32,000 nt of DNA from Wolbachia endosymbiont of Pentalonia nigronervosa (GTDB lineage Bacteria > Pseudomonadota > Alphaproteobacteria > Rickettsiales > Anaplasmataceae): positions 1 to 32,000 of the forward strand of contig NZ_JACVWV010000001.1 in NCBI RefSeq assembly GCF_014534705.1. Reading direction: 5' to 3'. Shown in pieces: positions 1-7,924 of the stretch (position 1 is its first letter; every line of letters begins with the position of its first letter). The notes beneath the pieces were generated by a model. That model saw only the letters and a program-made list of their open reading frames with translations, was not told the origin of the DNA and made no database searches. The translations under genes and the position numbers were made by a program.

Positions 1-135
1 TCCTGTTCGCCCTATCCACATCACTGCTGCTATGAACTTTCTGTTGTCCTTTGCACTCCTTCCACTATCCCCTTTCTTTCCGGGTAAACTCTCCTTTATC
101 CTTTCCCATTGCTTATCTTTTAAGTCGTATAACAT
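1..135 (-). CDS. IS5-family (DDE) transposase, N-terminal fragment; 5' partial in the window.
   Basis: The reverse complement from the ATG at 135..133 translates to MLYDLKDKQWERIKESLPGKKGDSGRSAKDNRKFIAAVMWIGRTG. This is the typical N-terminal (DUF4096-type) motif of IS5/IS4-family transposases. The ORF runs off the window edge. Confidence 0.75.
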   Translation of the reverse strand, partial: MLYDLKDKQWERIKESLPGKKGDSGRSAKDNRKFIAAVMWIGRTG

Positions 136-195
136 CCTTAGCTTCTCTCAAAAATTGTTATTATAACTCCTTTCTTTTTGAATGTCTACACTACC
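1..195 (-). mobile_element. IS5-family insertion sequence, one terminus only; the element continues beyond the window start. It resembles the IS1031-group / ISWpi1-type elements known from Wolbachia.
   Basis: A transposase N-terminus is readable on the minus strand (next feature). comF-like sequence stops at 196. From 195 downward the minus strand reads GGTAGTGTAGACATTCAAAAAG..., a plausible IS terminal repeat beginning GG. It is flanked by TTA (198..196), which fits the 3-bp TNA targets of this IS group. Confidence 0.7.
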
Positions 196-573
196 TAATG
201 GTACAGGAATAATTACCTCAACATCATGAAATATATCTTTATGAGTTTGATACATCCACTTTGCAAAAATTTTCACATAATTTAAATTATCGAAAAACTT
301 AAAGTTTACTATCATATTTTTACTATTTTGATCATAGGCAAAAACTGATCTTAATACCTTGAATTGCGGGGGATTAGCAATGCATTTACCACACGTATAA
401 ATGTTGCCTGCAATTACTGAGCCACAAACATTGCAGTAGTGTTTAGTTAAAAAATTGATTTTTTTGTTACATTCATTGCATAAATCAAGATTCTCACCAA
501 TGATGCACTCACAACTTGCACATACATTAGGAAATATTAGATTTTTAGCTTTGGTCAGTAGTGCAAAGCTCAT
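148..573 (-). pseudogene. comF: comF-family (phosphoribosyltransferase-type competence protein) gene truncated by the IS insertion.
   Basis: The N-terminus carries the ComF double Cys-X2-Cys zinc-ribbon pattern (CASCECI...CNECNKK...CNVCGS...CGKC), followed by IIPVPL. The expected HxxRxxxRGxNQ motif and the PRT domain are absent. The last 15 residues (GSVDIQKERSYNNNF) and the stop codon are encoded by the IS terminus at 148..195. Confidence 0.7.
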
Positions 574-622
574 AATTTAAATTATATTAATATAATAACT
601 ATATTATATAATAATTTTAGTA

Positions 623-1153
623 TTATTTAAGCTTAAAAAACGTATATGATAAAGTAATTTCACTTAAATCTTTAGTATTATGATCACGCATTATTTCAGG
701 ATCTACAAAAAAAGATACTGGCATAGCCGTCTTTTGTCCTGGCAACAACATTTGCTCTTCGAAGCAGAAACATGCAACTTTATTGAAATACTTACCTGCT
801 TTAAAAGGTGTGACATTGTATACAGCCATTCCATACAGAGGCTGGTCAGATAGATTTTTTGCATAGTAGAAAGCTAAGCTTTGTTCTCCTATTTTTGTAT
901 CAATGTAATTAACTTCCGGACTGAACTCCCAAGGTAAACCAGGTATCACATCAGCATTAAAATAAACCCTAAGTTTTTGATCAGTTGTATTTACTGTTGC
1001 ATTGATCACCTTTTTTGTCGTACCACCATACCCGGTAGCCTTACAAAAGATACTATATAGTGGCACTGATGCATATGCAAAACATAGCATTGATATCACT
1101 AATGATACTAAAAAGAAAACTATAGATTTATTCTTCTTAGAAAAGAAGAACAT
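623..1153 (-). CDS. ctaG: Cytochrome c oxidase assembly protein CtaG/Cox11.
   Basis: 176 aa with an N-terminal TM helix, the conserved copper-binding CFCFEEQ motif, and the YGGTT / NADV segments typical of Cox11. Confidence 0.9.
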   Translation of the reverse strand: MFFFSKKNKSIVFFLVSLVISMLCFAYASVPLYSIFCKATGYGGTTKKVINATVNTTDQKLRVYFNADVIPGLPWEFSPEVNYIDTKIGEQSLAFYYAKNLSDQPLYGMAVYNVTPFKAGKYFNKVACFCFEEQMLLPGQKTAMPVSFFVDPEIMRDHNTKDLSEITLSYTFFKLK

Positions 1154-1166
1154 CTAATATCTATTT

Positions 1167-1889
1167 CTAATCTCTATTATTAAGCAGGTTTAGTAACCTG
1201 AGTAAATTGAGAAATATGTTGATAAAGTCGAAATAAAGACTAGTTGCACCTAATATTGCCAATTTCGTAGTTGCAACTTCTGATCCATCATTGAACCTAT
1301 AATAAACGTCTTTAATTCTTTGAGCATCATACGCAGTCATTAAGGTAAATACTATTACTGATACAAACGATACTGCAAAATAGAGCGAACTGCTTCCAAG
1401 AAAGAAATTTACTAGAGACGCAATAATTAATCCCCAGACTCCCATAATGAGAAAAGAACCCATACTTGTTAAGTCCTTTTTTGTATTATTACCATACAGA
1501 GCCATAGAACCGAACATTATTGCTGTAATGAAAAATGCTCTTGTTATATTTGCCGCAGTATATTTTATAAAAATATACGACATAGAGGCCCCCATTAAGG
1601 CTGAAAACGCAAAGAACATGACAATCGTGGCTTGAGCGCTAAGTTGTGGAAGTTTATAATACATGAAAAATACTAGCACAATTGGAGAGAACATTACCAT
1701 GAGTGATAACATAGGATTAGAATGTATCACTTGGAATAAACCAGAAGACACAACAAAAAATGCGACCAATCCCGTAACCCCAAGAGCTAAGGCCATATAA
1801 TTATATACCTTAATTAAATAATCTCTTAGTCCAGCACTATAGTAAGCACCCTGAGAGCGGATATCTTGTTCATTTTTCATATAAGACAT
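1167..1889 (-). CDS. Bax inhibitor-1/YccA family inner-membrane protein.
   Basis: 240 aa polytopic membrane protein of about 7 TM helices, with the BI-1 family pattern (LRDYLIKVYNYMALAL..., C-terminal FLNLLRLL). Confidence 0.8.
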   Translation of the reverse strand: MSYMKNEQDIRSQGAYYSAGLRDYLIKVYNYMALALGVTGLVAFFVVSSGLFQVIHSNPMLSLMVMFSPIVLVFFMYYKLPQLSAQATIVMFFAFSALMGASMSYIFIKYTAANITRAFFITAIMFGSMALYGNNTKKDLTSMGSFLIMGVWGLIIASLVNFFLGSSSLYFAVSFVSVIVFTLMTAYDAQRIKDVYYRFNDGSEVATTKLAILGATSLYFDFINIFLNLLRLLNLLNNRD

Positions 1890-2030
1890 AATTCAACTCC
1901 TTTCATCACCTAGTAGCAAAACATATTATAATACAAAATTACATTTTTATCAAGTTAAGAGTTACAATGATCTATTCTACCTTAACTAAAAATTCATTAA
2001 TAACTTTTCTCTAAATTACCTAATATAAGT

Positions 2031-3863
2031 TTACTCTTTACGCATTGCCCTACCAGCACGCTTACGTTCATTAGGGTCAAGGAATTTCTTTCGTAAACGT
2101 ATAGATTTTGGTGTTACTTCCACCAATTCATCATCATCTATATACGCTATCATATCTTCCAGTGTCATTATTTTCGGTGGAGTGAGTTTAATAGCTTCAT
2201 CACTTCCTGATGCCCTTACATTTGTTAACTGTTTGCCCTTTAGCACATTTATTTCCAAGTCATTATCACGACTGTGCTGACCAACAATCATACCACAATA
2301 CACTTTATCTTGTGGTTTGACAAACATTGTTCCTCTATCTTGTAAGTTGAAAATTGCGTACGCCACAGCTTCACCTTTATCTGTAGAAATTAAAACGCCA
2401 TTCCTCCTACCAGAAATTGAACCTTTATGTACAGCATAACTATGAAATAAACGGTTAATTATCCCTGTACCTCGAGAGTCAGTTAAAAACTCCCCCTGAT
2501 ACCCAATGAGTCCTCTTGATGGCACTAAAAATGTCAATCTTGTTCTACCATTACCAGAAGGCCTCATATCAATAACTTCACCTTTACGGAAGCTAAGTTT
2601 TTCCATGATAATTCCGCTATATTCATCGTCCACATCAATAACTACTTCTTCAATAGGTTCAAGTTTTTTTCCACCTTCTTCTTTAAATAACACTCGAGGG
2701 CGTGAAACAGAAAGCTCAAAACCTTCCCTTCTCATATTTTCAATCAACACCCCAAGCTGTAATTCACCACGTCCTCCTACTTCAAATGCTTCACCACTTG
2801 GTGTTGGAGTCACAGTAATTGCAACATTGGTCTCTGCTTCTGCATATAGACGATCTTTTATAACAGTGGAAGTAAGTTTTGTACCCTCCTGCCCAGCAAA
2901 AGGTGAGTCATTAACACTTAGAGTAATTGCCATTGTTGGCGGATCAACAGGAGTTGAACTTATTGCAGTTGTTACTTCTGGTACCGCTATAGTATTTGAA
3001 ACTGAAGCTTCTTCAAGCCCTGCAATTGCAATGATATCTCCTGCTACAGCCTCCTCTACTGGAATACGTTTTAACCCAGAAAATGATAGTAACTTTGTTA
3101 ATCTTCCACGCTCAATTATCTTTCCATCTAGATCAAGCACCTTAAGATCTGAATTAACCTTTGCAACACCTTGATAAACCTTACCTGTTAGTATTCTTCC
3201 AAGAAATTTATCAGATTCAAGTAATGTAACCAGCATAGCAAATGATGCATCTTGATCATAACTAGCAGGTTTTATATAGTCCAAAACTGTTGAAAATAAA
3301 GGAGCTAAATCTTTCCTTTCATCAGAAAGCTCTTTAGCACACCAACCATTTCTCCCTGAAGCATACAGCACAGGAAATTCTAACTGTTCGTTTGTTGCAT
3401 CTAGATTGAAAAAAAGTTCATATATTTCATTCAATACTTCATCAATTCTACTATCGGGACGATCAACTTTATTGATTATTACTATCGGCTTTAAATTTGC
3501 TTTTAGTGCCTTCGATAACACAAACTTAGTTTGTGGCATTGGACCTTCTGCAGCATCAACCAACAACAACACTCCATCTGCCATACATAACACTCTTTCT
3601 ACTTCTCCACCAAAATCTGCGTGTCCTGGAGTATCTATAATGTTAATTTTTTCTTCATTCCACATAATTGATGTGCATTTTGCAAGTATAGTAATCCCAC
3701 GCTCACGTTCTTGATCGCCACTATCCATTATTCGCTCTTGAATCTCTTGATTCTCACGAAATGTACCACTTTGTTTTAGCATATTATCAAGTAAAGTAGT
3801 TTTACCGTGGTCAACGTGAGCGATGATTGCGATGTTGCGTATTGATTTAAATCCCATTGCCAT
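2031..3863 (-). CDS. typA: Translational GTPase TypA/BipA.
   Basis: 610 aa. G1 AHVDHGKTT, G3 DTPGHADF, G4 NKVDR, and the overall EF-G-like architecture characteristic of BipA. Confidence 0.95.
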   Translation of the reverse strand: MAMGFKSIRNIAIIAHVDHGKTTLLDNMLKQSGTFRENQEIQERIMDSGDQERERGITILAKCTSIMWNEEKINIIDTPGHADFGGEVERVLCMADGVLLLVDAAEGPMPQTKFVLSKALKANLKPIVIINKVDRPDSRIDEVLNEIYELFFNLDATNEQLEFPVLYASGRNGWCAKELSDERKDLAPLFSTVLDYIKPASYDQDASFAMLVTLLESDKFLGRILTGKVYQGVAKVNSDLKVLDLDGKIIERGRLTKLLSFSGLKRIPVEEAVAGDIIAIAGLEEASVSNTIAVPEVTTAISSTPVDPPTMAITLSVNDSPFAGQEGTKLTSTVIKDRLYAEAETNVAITVTPTPSGEAFEVGGRGELQLGVLIENMRREGFELSVSRPRVLFKEEGGKKLEPIEEVVIDVDDEYSGIIMEKLSFRKGEVIDMRPSGNGRTRLTFLVPSRGLIGYQGEFLTDSRGTGIINRLFHSYAVHKGSISGRRNGVLISTDKGEAVAYAIFNLQDRGTMFVKPQDKVYCGMIVGQHSRDNDLEINVLKGKQLTNVRASGSDEAIKLTPPKIMTLEDMIAYIDDDELVEVTPKSIRLRKKFLDPNERKRAGRAMRKE

Positions 3864-3950
3864 AAATTTTAAAATTATAATTGTAACATATAAGATTTAA
3901 TTTTATAACAAGTTTTGCAATAAGTCTAGTATTGCTTTCATAAAGAAATT

Positions 3951-4038
3951 AGATCACTTGAAAAACCTATTTCTGATGGTAGTGTTGCAGTCAAAGCTTG
4001 TCTATGCTTCTCAAACACATCCAAGAGACACAAGGTCT
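3951..4038. repeat. Degenerate, internally shortened copy of the palindromic repeat family.
   Basis: ACCTATTTCTGATGG..., ...GCTTCTCAAACACATCC... and the ...AAGGTCTATT terminus are colinear with the left arm, the core (GCTCCTCAAATACATCC) and the right end of the full copies at 10400, 26755 and 31161. Confidence 0.55.
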
Positions 4039-4102
4039 ATTCTCACATTTTACATGAAATATCTTGACTTTAGGCCTGTTCAGAAGCATTTTATATGTAT
4101 GT

Positions 4103-4176
4103 GTGCCTGTAGCTCAGCTGGATAGAGCAGCAGCCTTCTAAGCTGCGGGTCGTGGGTTCGAATCCCTCCAGGCACG
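4103..4176 (+). tRNA. tRNA-Arg (anticodon UCU).
   Basis: Manual cloverleaf of 74 nt. Acceptor GTGCCTG/CAGGCAC, D arm GCTC-AGCTGGATA-GAGC, anticodon arm GCAGC-CTTCTAA-GCTGC (anticodon TCT), variable GGGTC, T arm GTGGG-TTCGAAT-CCCTC with one U-U mismatch, discriminator G. No encoded CCA. Confidence 0.9.
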
Positions 4177-4243
4177 TTCTCTTTAGATCTATCTACACTT
4201 TCTAAATATATGATCCCAAAGCGCATTAAAAAAATCAGTGAAT

Positions 4244-4271
4244 AATGCAGGCAAGCTTTCCTGCCTGCATT
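4244..4271. terminator. Perfect 10-bp stem hairpin between the tRNA-Arg gene and the 3' end of the ankyrin gene; possible bidirectional terminator.
   Basis: AATGCAGGCA-agctttcc-TGCCTGCATT, followed by TTTT on the plus strand. It lies 13 nt downstream of the minus-strand stop at 4284. Confidence 0.55.
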
Positions 4272-4283
4272 TTAAGAGGTATA

Positions 4284-6617
4284 CTACTTACAATTACCAA
4301 TGGTTTGTTTTTCCTTATGTTCTACACGATTCTGCCATTGTTTTCCATCTCCGTCTGAAGAATTTTGTGGTGGTAGCTGTTCTACAACACTCTGGCATTT
4401 CTTATCATTTCCCTCCTTTTCTTTCTCTGGGGATTTTTGTTTTTGCTGCTGTTTTACACGATTCTGCCATTGTTTTCCATCTCCTGTCTTTTCTTCTTTT
4501 GGAGGGTTTGTATACTCATGCATTACTTCAGGCATTGGAAGTTTTTCAGATCTGACAAAGAACCCTTGCTTAATCGCTTCATTTACTGACAATCCTCCTA
4601 GTGAACAGTTAATACCTATTTTTTCATTGCTATCTAACTTTGCTAGTGTCTCTTTATCCATAACTTCCACTTTTACTAGATCTTTACTCTTTTCGTTAGT
4701 ATATAACCTAACTTTTAACTCTCCTGCACTAGTATGGAAAGTTAATACTACATCACTACCATCTGCAAGATTAGTGTAATTCCTCTTGCCATTATGTGTT
4801 TCAATTTCCGCTTCACTTTTTCCAATTCTTATTATATCTTTGCGTGTTTCAATTTTCACTTCATCTTTTCCACATGCTATCTTTCCATTTACTAATCCTA
4901 AATTTCTTGCCCCACCTATAACTTTTGCAACATCTATTTTACTATCTTTTGAAAATTCTAGGAAAAAAGTAGTGTTATCCATTATTGCACTATTCAATTT
5001 ACCACTAATTACAGCACCTTCTGCCATCTCCACAAAGTTCCGATTGAAATTCAAATGCGTGTCATAAGCTTTGATTAGACTTGTATGTCCTCCAGGCTTT
5101 AATGCTTTATCAAAAAGCTCTAAACTATTTCTATTGCCTGATACTGCTCCTCGCAATACCAATTCGCATATTATATCACTAGCAACCTGAGGATTTTCTT
5201 CTAACTTACCAATTCTGTCTATCACAGAATCTAAAAGATAAGTCTGATTTTGATCAGTATCTTCCCTATGATATTGAATAAAATTCAACATTATTCCAGA
5301 ATTAATATATTGATTTACATATTTCTGTAATTCAATCATATTCTTAACTTGCGATAGCCCATTCATGAACTCAAGTCTCATTTTATCTTGTTGTTTTAAA
5401 TAAGCATCAAACAAACTTTGTGTTGCTTTTTTATCTCCTTCTTCTACCATACATACTTCTCTTTTGACCTTGACTACTCCTATCACCTTTGCCGCGTCTT
5501 CCACAAGCTTCCTTACACGATCGCATGCACTATCTTTAGGCAACGTTTCGTACACCTTTATAACACCTTCTTCGTTCCTATGACTTAAAACTGTCTTTAA
5601 ATCTTCATTGCCCTTATTCTGATCAAGAAATTTTTCTAAATCTTCAACATTTTTGTTGTTAAGTCTAGGTGGAGATATCCAGTCGGTAAATTCATATGTA
5701 CTGTTAATCAGCCTATATAGCTTTTCGTACAATTCTTTTTGTGTGCTACTAAAGAAGCATTCTGCGTTATAAAAATTATTATCACTTGCAATTTGCATAG
5801 GAGTTTTTTTATCATTATCCATTGCACTAAGGTCAGCTCCATTCTTTAAGAGCAAATTTACACACGCTATAGTTTCATCATTAGGACAAATATCATCAGC
5901 ACAATAATGTAAAGCTGTTTTTTTTCTGTTATCCTGCATGTTTGGATCAGCTTTATTTTCCATGAGTAAACTCACAAGATCATATTTGTCAGCAATATAA
6001 TGTAGAGGAGCTCTTCCTGCATGATCCTGTATGTTCGGATCAGCTCCTGCCCCTAAGACACACTTCGCTAAGTCATAGTTATGACTCATACATAGTACAT
6101 GCAACAATGTTAACTCAGATTTCCCCCTTTTAAGATCAAGAACAGCTTTTAAGTCTTTATCAAAATCTTTGTTATCCTTATTGTTATCTAACAATTCTTT
6201 AAGCCCTAAAATATCATTGCTCTTGATAAAGTTAAGAAGTTTTATATTTAGCTCTTTTTGACCTTTTGGCAAATCCAGATCACACGCTTCGACACGCCAT
6301 TGCAATATCACTTGATCTTCATGTTCGTATCTATGTTGATAAGTCGAATTGACAGAAGATAAACGTAAGTTTTGTTTAATGAATTCATAATAATCTTGTT
6401 CTGCTGATGAAGTGACTGCTTTCATCTGTGAACCCTTATTTTTTGGTGAAGTGATTGTTTTTGCCTTTGCCTTTGCCTTTGCCTTTGATCCATTTGTTTT
6501 TGGCGAATCACCATCGCCATCCCAATTCCAATCCAAATCATCTTGTTCAGTATGAGTTCCTTGAAAAGAATTAGCAAGAAAAGGCAAGCTTTGTATAGTC
6601 TTTGAAAATTTAGACAT
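4284..6617 (-). CDS. Ankyrin-repeat protein, 777 aa, lineage-specific; candidate secreted effector.
   Basis: Three to four ANK repeats at about residues 165-280 (nt about 5778..6125): TLLHVLC...GADPNIQDHAGRAPLHY, NKADPNMQDNRKKTALHY, LLLKNGADLSAMDNDKKTPMQIA. The N-terminus is acidic/Trp-rich with a (KA)4 tract. The central region of about 400 aa has no motif I recognise. The basic C-terminus carries a duplicated GDGKQWQNRV motif. Confidence 0.85.
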   Translation of the reverse strand: MSKFSKTIQSLPFLANSFQGTHTEQDDLDWNWDGDGDSPKTNGSKAKAKAKAKTITSPKNKGSQMKAVTSSAEQDYYEFIKQNLRLSSVNSTYQHRYEHEDQVILQWRVEACDLDLPKGQKELNIKLLNFIKSNDILGLKELLDNNKDNKDFDKDLKAVLDLKRGKSELTLLHVLCMSHNYDLAKCVLGAGADPNIQDHAGRAPLHYIADKYDLVSLLMENKADPNMQDNRKKTALHYCADDICPNDETIACVNLLLKNGADLSAMDNDKKTPMQIASDNNFYNAECFFSSTQKELYEKLYRLINSTYEFTDWISPPRLNNKNVEDLEKFLDQNKGNEDLKTVLSHRNEEGVIKVYETLPKDSACDRVRKLVEDAAKVIGVVKVKREVCMVEEGDKKATQSLFDAYLKQQDKMRLEFMNGLSQVKNMIELQKYVNQYINSGIMLNFIQYHREDTDQNQTYLLDSVIDRIGKLEENPQVASDIICELVLRGAVSGNRNSLELFDKALKPGGHTSLIKAYDTHLNFNRNFVEMAEGAVISGKLNSAIMDNTTFFLEFSKDSKIDVAKVIGGARNLGLVNGKIACGKDEVKIETRKDIIRIGKSEAEIETHNGKRNYTNLADGSDVVLTFHTSAGELKVRLYTNEKSKDLVKVEVMDKETLAKLDSNEKIGINCSLGGLSVNEAIKQGFFVRSEKLPMPEVMHEYTNPPKEEKTGDGKQWQNRVKQQQKQKSPEKEKEGNDKKCQSVVEQLPPQNSSDGDGKQWQNRVEHKEKQTIGNCK

Positions 6618-6813
6618 ATTGTACCCCCTAAATTATATTATACATTAAGTATAGTATATGTTGTATGTGACATTAACGCAAGCATCAAATTCTCCTTTCA
6701 TCGTCAGTTAACTGTTCTTTAAGTTTTCAACCATCATTTATAGTTTCACAATTTTGTACGTGCAAATTGTTACATGGTAGTGAATAATCAGGCATTGGTT
6801 TGTTATTTCACAG

Positions 6814-7848
6814 ATGGATATTATTCTAGCAACTGGCGGGACGGGTGGACACATCTTTCCGGCTATCACCTTAACAAAAGCATTAAAAACTCAAGGCTAT
6901 AAATGCATATTATTCACTGACAGGCAGATAAGCAGAGATACGGACATAGAGAATTATGTGCTGCCATTATGCAAACCAAGTGTTCACAAGCTTAAATTTT
7001 TTTTCTTACTGTTTTGTAGCTGCATATCAGCACTATATCACATAAGAAAGTTAAAACCCAAATTAGTTATTGGTTTTGGTAGCTACGCATCTTTTCCGAC
7101 CCTTCTTGCGGCAAAAATTCTTTCAATACCTATAATTTTACATGAACAGAATGCAGTACTGGGAAGAGTAAATAGATTTTTTTTCAAGAGTGCAAAACTT
7201 GTTGCAACCAGTTTTCCAACAACCAAGTATGCACAAGGAAATAAATGTGTTGTTATTGGAAATTTTGTTGGTGAGAAAGTGTTAGAAACACAAGATATCA
7301 CAGAAAATTTCAATATATTAATAATAGCAGGTAGCCAAGGTGCCAACTTTTTCGATGATGTAATAAGCAGTGTCATCTGTGATTTGCCTAAAACACTAAA
7401 GAAAAGAATCAAAGTAACGCAACAATGTACAAAGAAAAATATAAGTAAGATTGAGAATCTATATAAGAACAAAGAAATCAATTTTGAATTAAGCGAATTT
7501 TTTGATGATATAGAAAAGAAATTGGCTAGTTCACATCTAGTAATTAGCAGAGCAGGAGCAACTTCAATAGCAGAAATCACCCTTTCTAGACGTCCTGCTA
7601 TATATATTCCATATCCTCACTCAAAAGATAATCATCAATTTTATAATGCAAAGCATATTGAAAACTCGAATGCAGCGGTAATAGTTGAACAGAATAGTCA
7701 AGCAAAAGAAAATTTAACGAAATTATTAGTCGACTTATTAAGTAATCCTAAAAAATTATATAATATGGCTAATAGTACTGAAAAAACAGAAATGAAGGAT
7801 GGAGTGACAGAGTTTATTCAGATGTTAACACTAAAACACTTTTTTTAA
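6814..7848 (+). CDS. murG: UDP-N-acetylglucosamine--N-acetylmuramyl-(pentapeptide) pyrophosphoryl-undecaprenol GlcNAc transferase MurG.
   Basis: 344 aa. N-terminal [10 protein letters not shown] glycine loop and the C-terminal [11 protein letters not shown] motif typical of MurG. Confidence 0.9.
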   Translation: MDIILATGGTGGHIFPAITLTKALKTQGYKCILFTDRQISRDTDIENYVLPLCKPSVHKLKFFFLLFCSCISALYHIRKLKPKLVIGFGSYASFPTLLAAKILSIPIILHEQNAVLGRVNRFFFKSAKLVATSFPTTKYAQGNKCVVIGNFVGEKVLETQDITENFNILIIAGSQGANFFDDVISSVICDLPKTLKKRIKVTQQCTKKNISKIENLYKNKEINFELSEFFDDIEKKLASSHLVISRAGATSIAEITLSRRPAIYIPYPHSKDNHQFYNAKHIENSNAAVIVEQNSQAKENLTKLLVDLLSNPKKLYNMANSTEKTEMKDGVTEFIQMLTLKHFF

Positions 7849-7924
7849 GAACTTATTTCTAAATCTTTATATAAAATGGGTTATAATACACTATGTTAAT
7901 TGTTTGTTGCTAATACAGAATACT

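Noticed and set aside
2506-3174. Long antisense ORFs inside well-supported genes: 222 aa opposite typA, plus 3406..3714, 7083..7580, 9454..9927, 13562..13831, 23918..24319, 24752..25186 and 1447..1635.
   Set aside because: Each is fully nested opposite a gene with unmistakable conserved motifs. Their translations are low-complexity Ser/Ile/Phe/Leu-rich with no motifs. They are typical shadow ORFs.
4238-4779. Plus-strand ORFs (105 aa and 159 aa) over the 3' end of the ankyrin gene.
   Set aside because: They are antisense to the ankyrin CDS. Their apparent internal repetition only mirrors the 30-bp direct repeat of the real gene.
4284-6617. Whether the large ankyrin gene marks a prophage WO / cif (cytoplasmic incompatibility) module.
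   Set aside because: There are no phage structural, lysis or recombinase genes. There is no two-gene cifA/cifB-like pair and no nuclease or deubiquitylase motifs nearby. The flanks are the tRNA gene and murG.
6760-6785. Imperfect inverted repeat ACAATTTTGTACGTGCAAATTGT upstream of murG, considered as a possible operator.
   Set aside because: The repeat is imperfect and short in AT-rich intergenic DNA. There is no second copy or known binding-site consensus to support it.
7904-7924. TTG start for mutS, as in the ORF track (MLLIQNT...).
   Set aside because: The ATG at 7925 gives [15 protein letters not shown]..., matching where MutS homology begins. The upstream extension adds seven non-conserved residues.
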